DNA of 64,000 nt from positions 124,001 through 188,000 of the IMG/VR virus record IMGVR_UViG_3300035183_000733; one strand, 5' to 3'. Under the pieces are notes generated by a model. That model was not told the DNA's origin and did not search any database. It saw only the letters and a list, made by a program, of their open reading frames with translations. Shown here in pieces: positions 17,784-27,300 of this stretch; positions within the stretch are counted from its first letter, which is position 1; each line of letters starts with the position of its first letter. The translations under genes were made by a program, and so were the position numbers.

Positions 17784-18725
17784 CTATTTTTGTTTAACAA
17801 CAAAGAGGCAGCTGTTCGCACCGTCGGAAATTTCCGGGATCACGTACCCATCCTCACCGTCAACAAATATGGACGAAATATCGGCACTCGGCGCATCGTT
17901 GGCGCCAGAATAGTGGTCAACAGACATGCCCTTGGTGTTGTTTGACATCTTGTCCATGGACACCCAAACCACCTCGGAATCATTGGTTAAGTCGTACTTC
18001 TCGAACCAGTTAGAAACCTCCTGTTCGGAGAACAGTCCCAGCTCGTCCACGAAATACTTTACGAACTCCTTCATGGTCCAACGCTTGTCCCAGTGGTTGT
18101 AGTATATCTTGGACTTGTTCTCGTTGATTTTAGTATTGCGAGGATCGAACACAACGTATACAGTGTAAGTTCCCTTCCCGTAATAATTCGTGGTGCACTT
18201 CTTTAGGATTATCCCGTCGTATCCGCGCTTCTCTAACGAAGCTCTGTACTTATCGGCACCGCCAGCATCCTTTATTTCGTCAAAATATATCTGCACCGAG
18301 TCCATATCGTTATCGGCATCGTAGTCCTTGTGTTTGTCATCGATGACGTAAGGCTTATCTATACTGATGGTCACGTTCATAACACGTCCCTTGCCGCTCT
18401 TGGACACGTATTTGCCCTTGTCGGCATCGAAGTGCGTTAGACCTGCGAAGAACTCGGCCATTGTATCGTTATCGGTGAAGAACACGCCCATGCCATTATC
18501 GGGGGAGTCTGTGCCGTACATCCCGTTGGCCTCATCATGACTGACCTGGAACTTATCGAATTTAGGAGACTTTGTACCGTGCAGCACATTGTAAGTGGAT
18601 TCGAACACGAACTGCTCGAACATCTTTATGCGGCGCGGCTCCTTGCCACACGTGTGCGGTATGGCTATCCTGGTTTTTACCCCGTGCTCCTGCATAGAGC
18701 ATGCCTTGCAATAACGTTTTTTCAT
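17784..18725 (-). CDS. ADP-ribosyltransferase-like (ART-PolyVal-type) domain protein
   Basis: LHGT..KFDKF, GMGVFFTD...AEFFA, GYDGII, VVFDP; internal IKMFEQFVFE CTS-like peptide. Confidence 0.6.
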   Translation of the reverse strand: MKKRYCKACSMQEHGVKTRIAIPHTCGKEPRRIKMFEQFVFESTYNVLHGTKSPKFDKFQVSHDEANGMYGTDSPDNGMGVFFTDNDTMAEFFAGLTHFDADKGKYVSKSGKGRVMNVTISIDKPYVIDDKHKDYDADNDMDSVQIYFDEIKDAGGADKYRASLEKRGYDGIILKKCTTNYYGKGTYTVYVVFDPRNTKINENKSKIYYNHWDKRWTMKEFVKYFVDELGLFSEQEVSNWFEKYDLTNDSEVVWVSMDKMSNNTKGMSVDHYSGANDAPSADISSIFVDGEDGYVIPEISDGANSCLFVVKQK

Positions 18726-18757
18726 ATCTTATATATACGCCCCCGAGGTTACCAAAC

Positions 18758-18787
18758 AAGGAGGCCCGACGTTAATCGGGCCTCCTT
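18758..18787 (-). terminator. intrinsic terminator after uvsW
   Basis: aaggaggcccga/tcgggcctcctt hairpin. Confidence 0.75.
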
Positions 18788-20343
18788 TATCTGCGAAGAT
18801 CTATATTGAATTCCTTGTACGGGAACTTCTCCTTCTCGTATATCTTGATGCGTTCGTACATGTGGTTGAGCAAGTAGTTGGGCTTGCCGCCGTGACTGAA
18901 GTCGTCCACGAAGTCCACCACTATCGCCGTCTCCTTATCCGCGTGCAGCCTCATCATACGGCCTATCGATTGTTTGATGATGTTCTCGCTCTTGTACGAC
19001 TCGACAAGGAAGATGTTGTGCAGGTTCTTTATGGATATACCTGTCGAGAAAGTACCGAAGCTTGCTATGAGAATCCTGTTCTCACCCGCTTCCATCCTCT
19101 TCTTGTACTCGTCCCTCAGGCTGTTGTCGGTGTCGCCGTCGACGTAGTACACCTCCTTCTTCGGGTCCTTCTCCCTGATGAGGTCGTATATCGCGCGGCC
19201 GTACCCCTCCTCCACACTCTGGAACAGGACGATGGAGTTCTTGGTGGTCCTTAGTATAAAGTCCACCACAAAGTTCAGCCTCTCCCTCGATCGTATCACG
19301 AGCTTCTTCTCGAGGTTGAATATGTCGGAGCCCTCGAGGTCGGTCCTCGTCTGCTTCAACCTGGCGAGCTGCGCTCTGGTCTCGTCGTTGAGGTAGTTCA
19401 TCCTTACTATGCGGATGTCCACCGGAGTCGCGTACTTGTTCTGGAACAAGAAGTCCGCTGACACCTCGTTAACCATAGGTCCGAGACAAACCTGCGATGT
19501 AAAGAAGTCTGCCGAATCCCTACCTGCCGCCGTGAGCGTGCCGGACAGACCGAACCTGTACCTGCCGCCGCCTCCGTTCGCTATCTTGCCGATTATCTCC
19601 TTTATCGACTTGGCCGGCGTCTGGTGCGCCTCGTCCACGAACGCGCAATCGAAAGAGCCGAGCATCTCCCGCTCGAACTTTACGAGCGTCTGCCAAGTGC
19701 CAATGACCACGTTGGCCTCCGAGCGTATTTCCTTCGCGCCGTCGCCGACCTGCTGGAACTTCATACCCACCCTGTACGCTCCGTACTCCTGGAAGTCCTC
19801 TATTCCCTGCACCACGAGGTTCAGTGTCGGTACTATCATTATGAAACGCTTGATGCGCTTTGTGTGAAGCATGAACGCGATAGCCATGAAGGTTATCAGC
19901 GTCTTGCCGGCCGACGTGGCGAGCTCCTGGCTCGTGCGCCTGAACTTGCAGATCAAGAACGCCGCCTTTATCTGGTAGTCGCGCGGTTTCTTGTTCGGGT
20001 CTCCGCCAATACCATCCTTAAAGAACTCGTTCACCCAAGCGGTGAACTCCTCCATTGTGAGGCCGTCGTCGATGGTGTCTCTCAAACCGTCGATGGTGAC
20101 GCCGAGACCGTACTGCTTCGATACGTTGAGCAACTCGGCCCACAGGCCTATTGGCAGGAACCTCTTCTTCTTGAAGAACTCTATGTTACCGTCCCAGGAC
20201 TTGTTCTTGCTGTACTTCTTCCTGAAGAAATGGTTAGCGACCTTCTTGGTGAAGGAGATCTCAATTTGGCGTAGGTCGAGCTCGTCGTCGTATTCGACGA
20301 GCCTCAACCACTCACCATTGTCCATTACCTCGAAGTGCATCAT
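18787..20343 (-). CDS. uvsW: UvsW-like SF2 DNA helicase
   Basis: PRDYQ, LATSAGKT, IVPTLNLVVQ, FVDEAH, RFGLSGT, GTFSTGISIKNLHNI, QSIGR.MR. Confidence 0.9.
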   Translation of the reverse strand: MMHFEVMDNGEWLRLVEYDDELDLRQIEISFTKKVANHFFRKKYSKNKSWDGNIEFFKKKRFLPIGLWAELLNVSKQYGLGVTIDGLRDTIDDGLTMEEFTAWVNEFFKDGIGGDPNKKPRDYQIKAAFLICKFRRTSQELATSAGKTLITFMAIAFMLHTKRIKRFIMIVPTLNLVVQGIEDFQEYGAYRVGMKFQQVGDGAKEIRSEANVVIGTWQTLVKFEREMLGSFDCAFVDEAHQTPAKSIKEIIGKIANGGGGRYRFGLSGTLTAAGRDSADFFTSQVCLGPMVNEVSADFLFQNKYATPVDIRIVRMNYLNDETRAQLARLKQTRTDLEGSDIFNLEKKLVIRSRERLNFVVDFILRTTKNSIVLFQSVEEGYGRAIYDLIREKDPKKEVYYVDGDTDNSLRDEYKKRMEAGENRILIASFGTFSTGISIKNLHNIFLVESYKSENIIKQSIGRMMRLHADKETAIVVDFVDDFSHGGKPNYLLNHMYERIKIYEKEKFPYKEFNIDLRR

Positions 20344-20349
20344 GGCATT

Positions 20350-20562
20350 TTATTCTTTTTGGACGAGCACCTTGCAATCAACAAGGAACTCGATTGTCTG
20401 AATATTCGGCATATACACGCCGCCAAGTCCTCCCGGAGACGGGTCACCCATCTGTAAAAATTTCTCCACCGCCTCAGTGACGAGCTCGGCAAAAAGCTCA
20501 TCGCACCCACCCGTGTACCGGCGAAGCCTTGAAGAATCTATCTTGTAGTCTGTTATATTCAT
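20350..20562 (-). CDS. hypothetical protein
   Basis: 70-aa ORF between co-directional genes. Confidence 0.5.
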   Translation of the reverse strand: MNITDYKIDSSRLRRYTGGCDELFAELVTEAVEKFLQMGDPSPGGLGGVYMPNIQTIEFLVDCKVLVQKE

Positions 20563-20567
20563 ATTAG

Positions 20568-21119
20568 TTATGAATTTTCCCGCATGAAATTATTTAAGTT
20601 GCTGATGTACTTAATAGAAAATGACATATTTATTGTCTGTTTCTCAATGTCATGGAAGAAATTAACTTGGTCCTCTATCACCTTTATAGTGGCTATCAGA
20701 TCGGCAAGATCACCCTCAACCATCGCGTCAACCTGATTATTAGTAAATTTTTTGGATGCGTTAACGTACCTATCCGTAGCCTGTTTTTTTTCTTTACGTA
20801 ATCTTGTGAGTAATTTGTTTAAAACCCTAACGTACTCGTGCATCTTCTCCCTTGCCTCACCTTGTATATTGAACAATTCTAAATGTGCTCTGACGGCCTC
20901 GTCCGCATTACCGTTTTGATGTGCCTTTGATACGCTAATAATTCTCTGTGTAAACTGGGATCGCTCAATCGCGTATAGTTCCTCGGGATCGGTATCAGCC
21001 AACATCCTATTTTGCATCAACTCCTCCTGCTTAGATATTGCAGCGTGGAGATTCATGCCCGAGTCCCCGTGCATGTGATCGAGCTTGAATATGTCGTGCA
21101 CGTTATTATCCTTGTTCAT
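20568..21119 (-). CDS. UvsY-like recombination mediator (tentative)
   Basis: Helical protein beside uvsW with C-terminal QVDAMVEGD...VNFF..IEKQTINMSFSIK, resembling UvsY. Confidence 0.45.
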   Translation of the reverse strand: MNKDNNVHDIFKLDHMHGDSGMNLHAAISKQEELMQNRMLADTDPEELYAIERSQFTQRIISVSKAHQNGNADEAVRAHLELFNIQGEAREKMHEYVRVLNKLLTRLRKEKKQATDRYVNASKKFTNNQVDAMVEGDLADLIATIKVIEDQVNFFHDIEKQTINMSFSIKYISNLNNFMRENS

Positions 21120-21129
21120 CTCTATTATA

Positions 21130-21555
21130 TCAAAATAAACTGTTTTTGTTCCTCTTGCCGACGCTCACGATCTTGGCCTTTTTATTGACAATCTTGGCCT
21201 CCTTTGGCTCGTCAAAATCCACGTCAATCTTCACCTCGTCGACGTCGGCCTTGAACTCTATCGGGGCCTTGAGCGTTCCCTTGACCTTCGCCTTGTCTGG
21301 GTCCCACTCGTCGAGCTGCCTCTGGTTCTCGTCGTTTATCTCAGAAGGGGAGTTCATCGTCTGTGTTCTGTTTTTTAATGCGGTCTCGTAGTTATTTATT
21401 GCCTCATCGATTGTGAAATCGTCGTATCCGACAGGTCCCCGGTTGTCGCGCACGTGCGTATACCCAGCCTCCTTGGCCAGCTGCAGCGCCAGGCCGTAGT
21501 ACGAGGCCGCCTCGTGAGAATTTATTATCTGGGTCTCCACATGAAGAATCTTCAT
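21130..21555 (-). CDS. hypothetical protein
   Basis: 141-aa ORF. Confidence 0.6.
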   Translation of the reverse strand: MKILHVETQIINSHEAASYYGLALQLAKEAGYTHVRDNRGPVGYDDFTIDEAINNYETALKNRTQTMNSPSEINDENQRQLDEWDPDKAKVKGTLKAPIEFKADVDEVKIDVDFDEPKEAKIVNKKAKIVSVGKRNKNSLF

Positions 21556-21616
21556 GTTCTCGAGCCATGGCGCGTCCTTGGGATGTACCTTGTCCTCGGT
21601 ATTTGTGTGCCATCTG

Positions 21617-22741
21617 TTATATGTTTATTCCGTCAAGTTTGTGCTGCGTGAAGTAGTCCTCGAAGTCGTACTTCTTGTTGTTCGCCCACTCGTAAACGCG
21701 TACGTCGTTCAAGTCCTTTATCTTGTGCGCGGGTATCTCGTTGTCGGACAGGAACTTCTTCCACATGAACACGCTGTCGCCAGCCGCCAGGTACTCGAGC
21801 GCCTTGTTGCGACCCGCCTCGTCGTTGTCCTGGAACCACCTCTTGTTGTCCAGGTCGAACGGCCACTCGTTATTTATGGAGCACGTCGCGGCCGAGTTGC
21901 CCCCGAAGCAGAAGTGGTCGAGCGGGCCCTCGAATATAGTTATCATCCTGTTGAAGTCCATCTGGAGCACGCCAAATATCGTGCTGAGGTGGTTCACCTT
22001 CGACACGTACTCGAGGAACGCAGGATCGTTGCGGCGCATGAACTTCGACCACACGTCCTCGATGCCGTAGGTCTTGTACTTCGCTCCCGTCTTCTCTGCC
22101 TCGCCGAACTGTCTCGTCTGCATGCCGAATATCCAGTCGCCGGACTTGTCGAGATTGAATATGAAGAGCCGCTTCCTGTAGTTGTCCCACGCGAAATGGT
22201 TGCCGAGCTTCTGCTGCCTCTTGGACAGGTACACGCCGATGGGGTGGTTCTCCCAGATGTTGTAGAGCTTGCACGCCTTCATCATGTCCGCCCTCGGCAC
22301 GAGGGCCTTGGAGAAATCTATGGACGACATCGCGTCCACATTCAGCTCATAACTCCGCATCTTGCTGAGCCGAGACGTCTTCTTGCTCTCGTCTATGCTC
22401 AGGCGCGCCGCCACCTTCTCGTCCTCGGTCAGCTCGTCGTAGCAGTCGAAGTCCTTGAGGAACCAGATGAAGTCGGTGTACTTCTCGCATCCCGCGTTGT
22501 AGCACTTGAAGTAAAGCCAGTTGGTGTAGAAGTTGCCCCTCTTCTTGCGAGGGTCTGCCGAGTCGCCGCAGTACGGGCAGCAGAAGTTCTGCCTCACGCC
22601 CTTGTGTAGTACGGTCTGTCTCTCAGAGTCGCCGGGGAACCTCTTCCTGAGCACAGCGTGCAGCAGCGTGTCCACCCTGTCAAGCGACATCTGTACCTGC
22701 GGCTTGGATTCGCCGGACATCTTGAATTCTAAATTCTGCAT
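21617..22741 (-). CDS. T4 gp61-like DNA primase
   Basis: Zn finger CCPYCGDS...KRG...FKCYNAGC; TOPRIM IFEGPLD and QDNDEAG. Confidence 0.85.
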   Translation of the reverse strand: MQNLEFKMSGESKPQVQMSLDRVDTLLHAVLRKRFPGDSERQTVLHKGVRQNFCCPYCGDSADPRKKRGNFYTNWLYFKCYNAGCEKYTDFIWFLKDFDCYDELTEDEKVAARLSIDESKKTSRLSKMRSYELNVDAMSSIDFSKALVPRADMMKACKLYNIWENHPIGVYLSKRQQKLGNHFAWDNYRKRLFIFNLDKSGDWIFGMQTRQFGEAEKTGAKYKTYGIEDVWSKFMRRNDPAFLEYVSKVNHLSTIFGVLQMDFNRMITIFEGPLDHFCFGGNSAATCSINNEWPFDLDNKRWFQDNDEAGRNKALEYLAAGDSVFMWKKFLSDNEIPAHKIKDLNDVRVYEWANNKKYDFEDYFTQHKLDGINI

Positions 22742-22779
22742 CGATTGTATCTTGATTGTGCGTTAATGATAATGAAGAA

Positions 22780-22807
22780 GAGAGGAAGCCTTACGGGGCT
22801 TCCTCTC
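22780..22807 (-). terminator. hairpin after gp32-like gene
   Basis: gagaggaagcc/ggcttcctctc 11-bp stem. Confidence 0.7.
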
Positions 22808-22845
22808 AGAATTGACGCGGCCTTACGGGACCTTGTCGTACGCCC

Positions 22846-23811
22846 TTACAGGTTGTTGTAGAGGTCGTCGAGGCTCGATACAGAACCACTGCCTTTTGTC
22901 TCCGCCTTAGAAGCGGCCTTCGCGCCGGTACCGCCCATCAGGTCGTCGAAGCTGGTCGATGGCCTGGCTGCCGGAGTCTCCGATGCCGTGCCGTCCGATG
23001 CAGGGGTCTTGGTTCCGGCCTTGCCTGCGCCACCGAGGATCTGCTCCACGAGCCTTCCGTCAGGTATGATGTTGCGAATGGCGTTCAGGACTTTCTCGTA
23101 CTGCTCCTCGGTCCACTCCTTGTAGTCGTACTTCTCGAGCTCTGGCGAGTTAGCCTTGAGCCACTCCACCACGCGAGCCATGTCCTCCTTTGTCCTCTGG
23201 ATAGGCTTGCCTTCCAGGACGAGCGGGGTCTTGTCACCCACGAACTCGCAGAGGTCGTAGTTGTTCCACTTCTGCTTCTTCACGATGTGAAGCGCGAAAA
23301 GCTTGCCGTTGAAGAGGTCGTACGGGTTGATTGGCTCGCCGAACTCCGATGGCTTAAGAAGCGCCTCGATTTTCTGGTTGATCTTGATGCCGAATTTGAA
23401 CACCATGATTTTGCCCTCGAGCTCAGGCTGGTTCGGATCTTTGATGATCTGAACGAGGCTGAAGAAGTTGTCGTTCCTCGAGAACTTCTCTGCCAGCTCC
23501 TGGTCGCGTACTGATGTGCTCTTCTTGAGCTTCCAGAACGTGTCCGCGAGTATCGACTTCTTGCCCACTGTAGCGGGATCGTCGACACCGAAGCTCTCCC
23601 CCGAGATAGGGTCTTCGAGCCAGTAGTAGCTCTTCTTGATTTTAGACTTCTCGCTGTTCCTCACGTTAGGGAGGAAGCGGATAAGCGCTTTGTAGATGCC
23701 GTCGCGTCCTTTGTCGGCGGATGGCGCATAGATCTCTCCGGCCTTACCGGTCTTCTGCGGAGTAATTAGATTCTCCGATGAGAGGTTGAAAATGTCGAAC
23801 TCGTTGCTCAT
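22846..23811 (-). CDS. T4 gp32-like single-stranded DNA-binding protein
   Basis: ALIRFLP, YQIIKDP.QPELEGKIMVFKFG.KI-type core, WNNYD.CEF, acidic SLDDLYNNL tail; start set at ATG 23811. Confidence 0.85.
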   Translation of the reverse strand: MSNEFDIFNLSSENLITPQKTGKAGEIYAPSADKGRDGIYKALIRFLPNVRNSEKSKIKKSYYWLEDPISGESFGVDDPATVGKKSILADTFWKLKKSTSVRDQELAEKFSRNDNFFSLVQIIKDPNQPELEGKIMVFKFGIKINQKIEALLKPSEFGEPINPYDLFNGKLFALHIVKKQKWNNYDLCEFVGDKTPLVLEGKPIQRTKEDMARVVEWLKANSPELEKYDYKEWTEEQYEKVLNAIRNIIPDGRLVEQILGGAGKAGTKTPASDGTASETPAARPSTSFDDLMGGTGAKAASKAETKGSGSVSSLDDLYNNL

Positions 23812-24229
23812 GACTTTGATGCTTTTTAATTTGACTTTAAATGAACTTTGATTGGGCGCTGAATGTACTCCGACGTTCAATCGTCCCTTTTACTCTCCCC
23901 CCCCTCACATGTTTCGGCCAGGGGGGTCCGAGTTTTTCCGTGCGCTAAATTTTCCAGTCTTCGGGAACATTTGCACCAAACAGGCGTAAAAAAATTAACC
24001 CAAGATGCCCCGGGATTAGATATACCTTCGACTGTTGATCTAACCACAGAACCGAGTCTCTCGCTAAAACTGAGAACTTCACAGGATCCGTCGCGCTCCA
24101 ACCGTCCAATGCGGCCCGAAGGGCGATGTTGTCTGTCTGATTTATATACCGGGAGGTCCATAGCGCCTTGTACGCGCTTTTGCTACAAATATTTCACACC
24201 GGTCGGATATATACCCTAAAGATTTCCGC

Positions 24230-24886
24230 ATGAGAATATTAGGGATTGACCCATCGCTCTCGTCCACGGCCGTCTGCGTCATGTCCGACGACGCCACAGA
24301 GTTTTACTGTTTCACCAGGGGGAAGACCACTAAGTGGTCCAAGGTGGCTGAGCCTTTCGCCAGGATGGTCCTGGTCGATTACGACGGTCGCGGGCAGTAC
24401 TCCGACTCCGAGGTGCAGAAGCTGGTGGACTATCAGCGCAACGCGAACCACATAGTAGACACTCTCGAGCTCAAGCCTGGTGACCAGGTGCTCATCGAGG
24501 GATACGCGTTCCGCGCACCTGGCGCGATCGTCGACCTCGTTATGTTCGGTACGTTCCTCCGGAAGAGGATACTCGACGCCGGGGCAGAGCTGAGGATAGT
24601 CGCGCCGATGTCGCTCAAGAACGAGTTCGCCAAGCTGACGTACGGTGCCGATAAGAAGGGCGTGGCGAGGAACCCGGCAGGGGTCGCTGGCGGCAAGTTT
24701 ACAAAGCACGAGATGCTCGAGGCGATGTTCGCGCTCGATCTACCTTACGTGAGGGAGTCCGGGTTCAGGAAGAACCTGTCGACGTATTACGACGAGATGA
24801 TGAATATGGCGGCCATACCTTCGCCGATAAACGATTGTGTGGACGCCAAGGCGCTCTGCGTTCTCAGGAAAGAGGGCAAGCTGTGA
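24230..24886 (+). CDS. RuvC-like Holliday junction resolvase
   Basis: ILGIDPSLSSTAVC, VLIEGY, DCVDA acidic catalytic pattern. Confidence 0.8.
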   Translation: MRILGIDPSLSSTAVCVMSDDATEFYCFTRGKTTKWSKVAEPFARMVLVDYDGRGQYSDSEVQKLVDYQRNANHIVDTLELKPGDQVLIEGYAFRAPGAIVDLVMFGTFLRKRILDAGAELRIVAPMSLKNEFAKLTYGADKKGVARNPAGVAGGKFTKHEMLEAMFALDLPYVRESGFRKNLSTYYDEMMNMAAIPSPINDCVDAKALCVLRKEGKL

Positions 24887-25299
24887 GGAGGTGCGCGCAA
24901 TACACCATTGATGGCCGGCTCTTGATGGAGTGGGACTCTCCGGCCTCAGCCGCGAGGGATTTGTCTCTGTCCAGGAGTGGGATCGTCCGTGCATGCAAGG
25001 GCGAGCTGAAGACGTGCGGCAATTTCAGGTGGTCGTATGTCGAAGACAGGGCGCCGGAGGACATAGGCGACGAGCAGGTCATGTTCCTGTACGGCATTGT
25101 GCCTGCCGGCATGGAGACGCTCGGTCGCTGGAGGACCATAAGGGCTGCTGCGAGGGACCTCGGCGTGGACTCGTCGCTCGTCTGCAAGGTTGCCAATGCT
25201 AAAAGATTCTCGTGGGACGGCGTCGTGTTCGTCTGGGCCGAAACAGTTGACGAGGCACGAGTATTATGTATAGAGAGAGCAATATCAAGAATATCATGA
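24883..25299 (+). CDS. NUMOD1 DNA-binding repeat protein (no nuclease domain seen)
   Basis: QYTIDGRLLMEWDS..SAARDL..SRSGIVRACKGELKTCGNFRWSY plus a second copy; GTG overlaps the upstream TGA. Confidence 0.7.
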   Translation: MRRCAQYTIDGRLLMEWDSPASAARDLSLSRSGIVRACKGELKTCGNFRWSYVEDRAPEDIGDEQVMFLYGIVPAGMETLGRWRTIRAAARDLGVDSSLVCKVANAKRFSWDGVVFVWAETVDEARVLCIERAISRIS

Positions 25300-25514
25300 A
25301 AAAATACATTGACAGACTCGGCGTGGGCTTCACGGAGTGGATGACATCGCCCGAACAGATTGAATTATTCGAGAGGATGTGCGCCGCACAGGACCGCTGC
25401 CACAGGCCCGTCAAGGAGTGCTATATGGACGTGGCGGAGTCCCTGAATCTCGAGGCGCAGATAAAGGGCAGGCCTAAGCGCGCATTCATACAGGCCGACC
25501 CGCGTTTGAACTAA
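25296..25514 (+). CDS. hypothetical protein
   Basis: ATGA-coupled 72-aa ORF starting MKKYIDRLG. Confidence 0.55.
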   Translation: MKKYIDRLGVGFTEWMTSPEQIELFERMCAAQDRCHRPVKECYMDVAESLNLEAQIKGRPKRAFIQADPRLN

Positions 25515-25525
25515 CCGAAAATAAA

Positions 25526-25552
25526 AAGCCCCGATTTTTCAAATCGGGGCTT
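25526..25552. terminator. bidirectional terminator
   Basis: aagccccgattt/aaatcggggctt between convergent genes. Confidence 0.8.
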
Positions 25553-25580
25553 CTTTTATCTTACGAATTCGTCTTTGTAC

Positions 25581-25724
25581 TTACTTGGCCGCGAACTTGT
25601 GCAGCTCGTCGAGCGTATCAAGCACCCACGCCTCGACCGAATCGTCTCCGTCGAAGGAGTCCTTTGTGCCTTCACCCAACTGGTCTGTCAGGAACGAGTT
25701 CATGTCGTCGGCCGTATTTTTCAT
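25581..25724 (-). CDS. small acidic hypothetical protein
   Basis: Manual translation MKNTADDMNSFLTDQ...ELHKFAAK (47 aa). Confidence 0.4.
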   Translation of the reverse strand: MKNTADDMNSFLTDQLGEGTKDSFDGDDSVEAWVLDTLDELHKFAAK

Positions 25725-25878
25725 CTTGTATCGTGTTATTTCATCACCATGAAGGTGTACTTCCCTTTAGGGAATTTTTTGATCTCCTCGGCGCCATGCG
25801 CGATTGCGATTACTTTACCGTCGTCGCCCCACTTGTCGCGGGAACCAAGAGGGAGTGGGAAAATAAACAGGAGGATAA

Positions 25879-26235
25879 ATGAGCATAGTGACGAAATTCG
25901 AATTGTTTGAGTCCGAAAGCGTTCCGTTGTACGACCTATGGACAATATACATGGGGATCGTAGACGGGATAAATGACATCATATCCGAAGAGGGCGAGCT
26001 CAGCGATGCGTACTGGAAGGAGAACGTGGAGAAGGACCTTGACGAGATAACCAGCTACGTGAAGATGAAGCACCAGGTGGACGAGAAGAAAGCAGAGATT
26101 CTAAAGAACCTGGAGGAACTACTGGACGGGCTCGAGGGTGCGATAGGATTCGGCAGCGTAAGCGAGGATAGGTACTTCAAGAAAGGCGTCATAAACAAGG
26201 CGAAGAAGTTTCTAAATAAATACAAGGACAGATGA
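25879..26235 (+). CDS. putative internal head protein inside the inverted segment
   Basis: Starts MSIVTKFELFESE. Confidence 0.6.
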   Translation: MSIVTKFELFESESVPLYDLWTIYMGIVDGINDIISEEGELSDAYWKENVEKDLDEITSYVKMKHQVDEKKAEILKNLEELLDGLEGAIGFGSVSEDRYFKKGVINKAKKFLNKYKDR

Positions 26236-26518
26236 AAAAATAATGCTATTCGAGCAGTTCCTCAACGAGGGAAAACGCAACAAGTTCTATCTCTTGAACT
26301 CAGGCGAGAAGATCGACACGTCGAATCCGATGTCGAACGGCCTCGTGTCCGGCCGGGAAGGATCCGGCAAGGAGGAGGACAAGATGACCTACCTGTTCGT
26401 CAAGACGTACAAGTACAAGAACCCGATCGTCATCGCCGGCAGCGACAAACCGGAAGGCTACGGCGTGGACACGGAAGGCGAGAAGTCAAATATCGCGCTG
26501 CTCGACGACATAAACCGC
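26232..26518 (+). pseudogene. 5' part of a CTS-bearing gene split by the inversion
   Basis: ATG AAAAAA TAATG is one A short of MKKIMLFEQFLNE; the 3' part lies at 25736-25837 on minus. Confidence 0.6.
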
Positions 26519-26732
26519 ACTACGTCCCACAAAGCGCACAGCACATCCTCGGTGATACTTTCTGGTCCACGTCCTTGTGCGTGCAGTACTCGCGTTCGAG
26601 CTCCACGAACTTGCAGTTGGCGCAGTTCGTACCCTTTATGCCTTACGGCAATGTTATCAGGTCTGCAGCCTTTGCGCGTTCGAGTTTCTCGGCCGCCGTG
26701 CCGTGTTCGTTTATCTCTCTTATGTACTTCAT
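26519..26732 (-). pseudogene. Cys-rich CTS-bearing gene with internal TAA, broken by the inversion
   Basis: MKYIREINE...LITLP*GIKGTNCANCKFV..YCTHKDV..RMCC; TAA at 26643-26645. Confidence 0.55.
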
Positions 26733-27298
26733 TTCTTCTCCGTCCAAGCTTTGCTTATTGCTGCGCCGAGCGCGGTTGACACGAGCCTGCTTGTGAACAT
26801 GTCATAGAGAATGCCCTTCTCTATACCGAGCGCCTTTGCTATGATACGGCCAATCATCGGTCCGGCAAGGAATCCTGCCGCGCCTCCGACCAATTTGCCG
26901 AAGAATCCCTCGTCGAGGTTGCGTATGTCGCCGTCGTACTCGTTCTCGAAAACGACCATCATTTCGTCGAGCTGCTGGTTCTCCTCCTCGGTGAGGTAGG
27001 ATATGCCATTGCTCTTGCTCGCCACATGGTCCTTGTACAATGGTACCGCCTCGTTCTCGTTTGCGGCCTCCGCCCTTTTTATTCTCGCCTTGATGGCGTT
27101 CTGTATCATCTTGAATTCCGGCTCGTCGTTGCCCAGTGTCCATGTCAGTGCATTGTCCGCGTTCCTTGCCGGGTATATCGTGAACGTTTCTGTATTTAGG
27201 ATGTCCTTTAGCGTGTTTGCGATTCCGGCTTCTCGTGCCTGTTTGCCCTCGTTGAGTTCACCCTGCTTCTTGCTCCTGTATTCGTTGAATAACTCCAT
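26729..27298 (-). CDS. putative head/ejection protein with C-terminal glycine-zipper hydrophobic hairpin
   Basis: MELFNE..LNE; LDE-GFFGKLVGGAAGFLAGPMIG...LVSTALGAAI. Confidence 0.6.
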   Translation of the reverse strand: MELFNEYRSKKQGELNEGKQAREAGIANTLKDILNTETFTIYPARNADNALTWTLGNDEPEFKMIQNAIKARIKRAEAANENEAVPLYKDHVASKSNGISYLTEEENQQLDEMMVVFENEYDGDIRNLDEGFFGKLVGGAAGFLAGPMIGRIIAKALGIEKGILYDMFTSRLVSTALGAAISKAWTEKK

Positions 27299-27300
27299 GA

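Larger units (their letters stand above)
25838..26518. other. 681-bp inversion bounded by 4-bp inverted microhomology GCGG/CCGC
   Basis: Re-inverting joins ..LLDDINR (26243 ORF) in frame to DKWGDDGK..FMVMK* (25736-25837, minus) and puts the cluster on one strand. Confidence 0.75.

Noticed and set aside
20568-21119. AT-richer composition of the UvsY-like gene as a separate mobile element
   Set aside because: No repeats, integrase or endonuclease at its borders; allele exchange at most, and GC was not computed
23877-24161. 94-aa ORF upstream of the gp32-like gene
   Set aside because: No recognisable composition or motif; overlaps hairpins and a promoter-like site, so treated as non-coding leader
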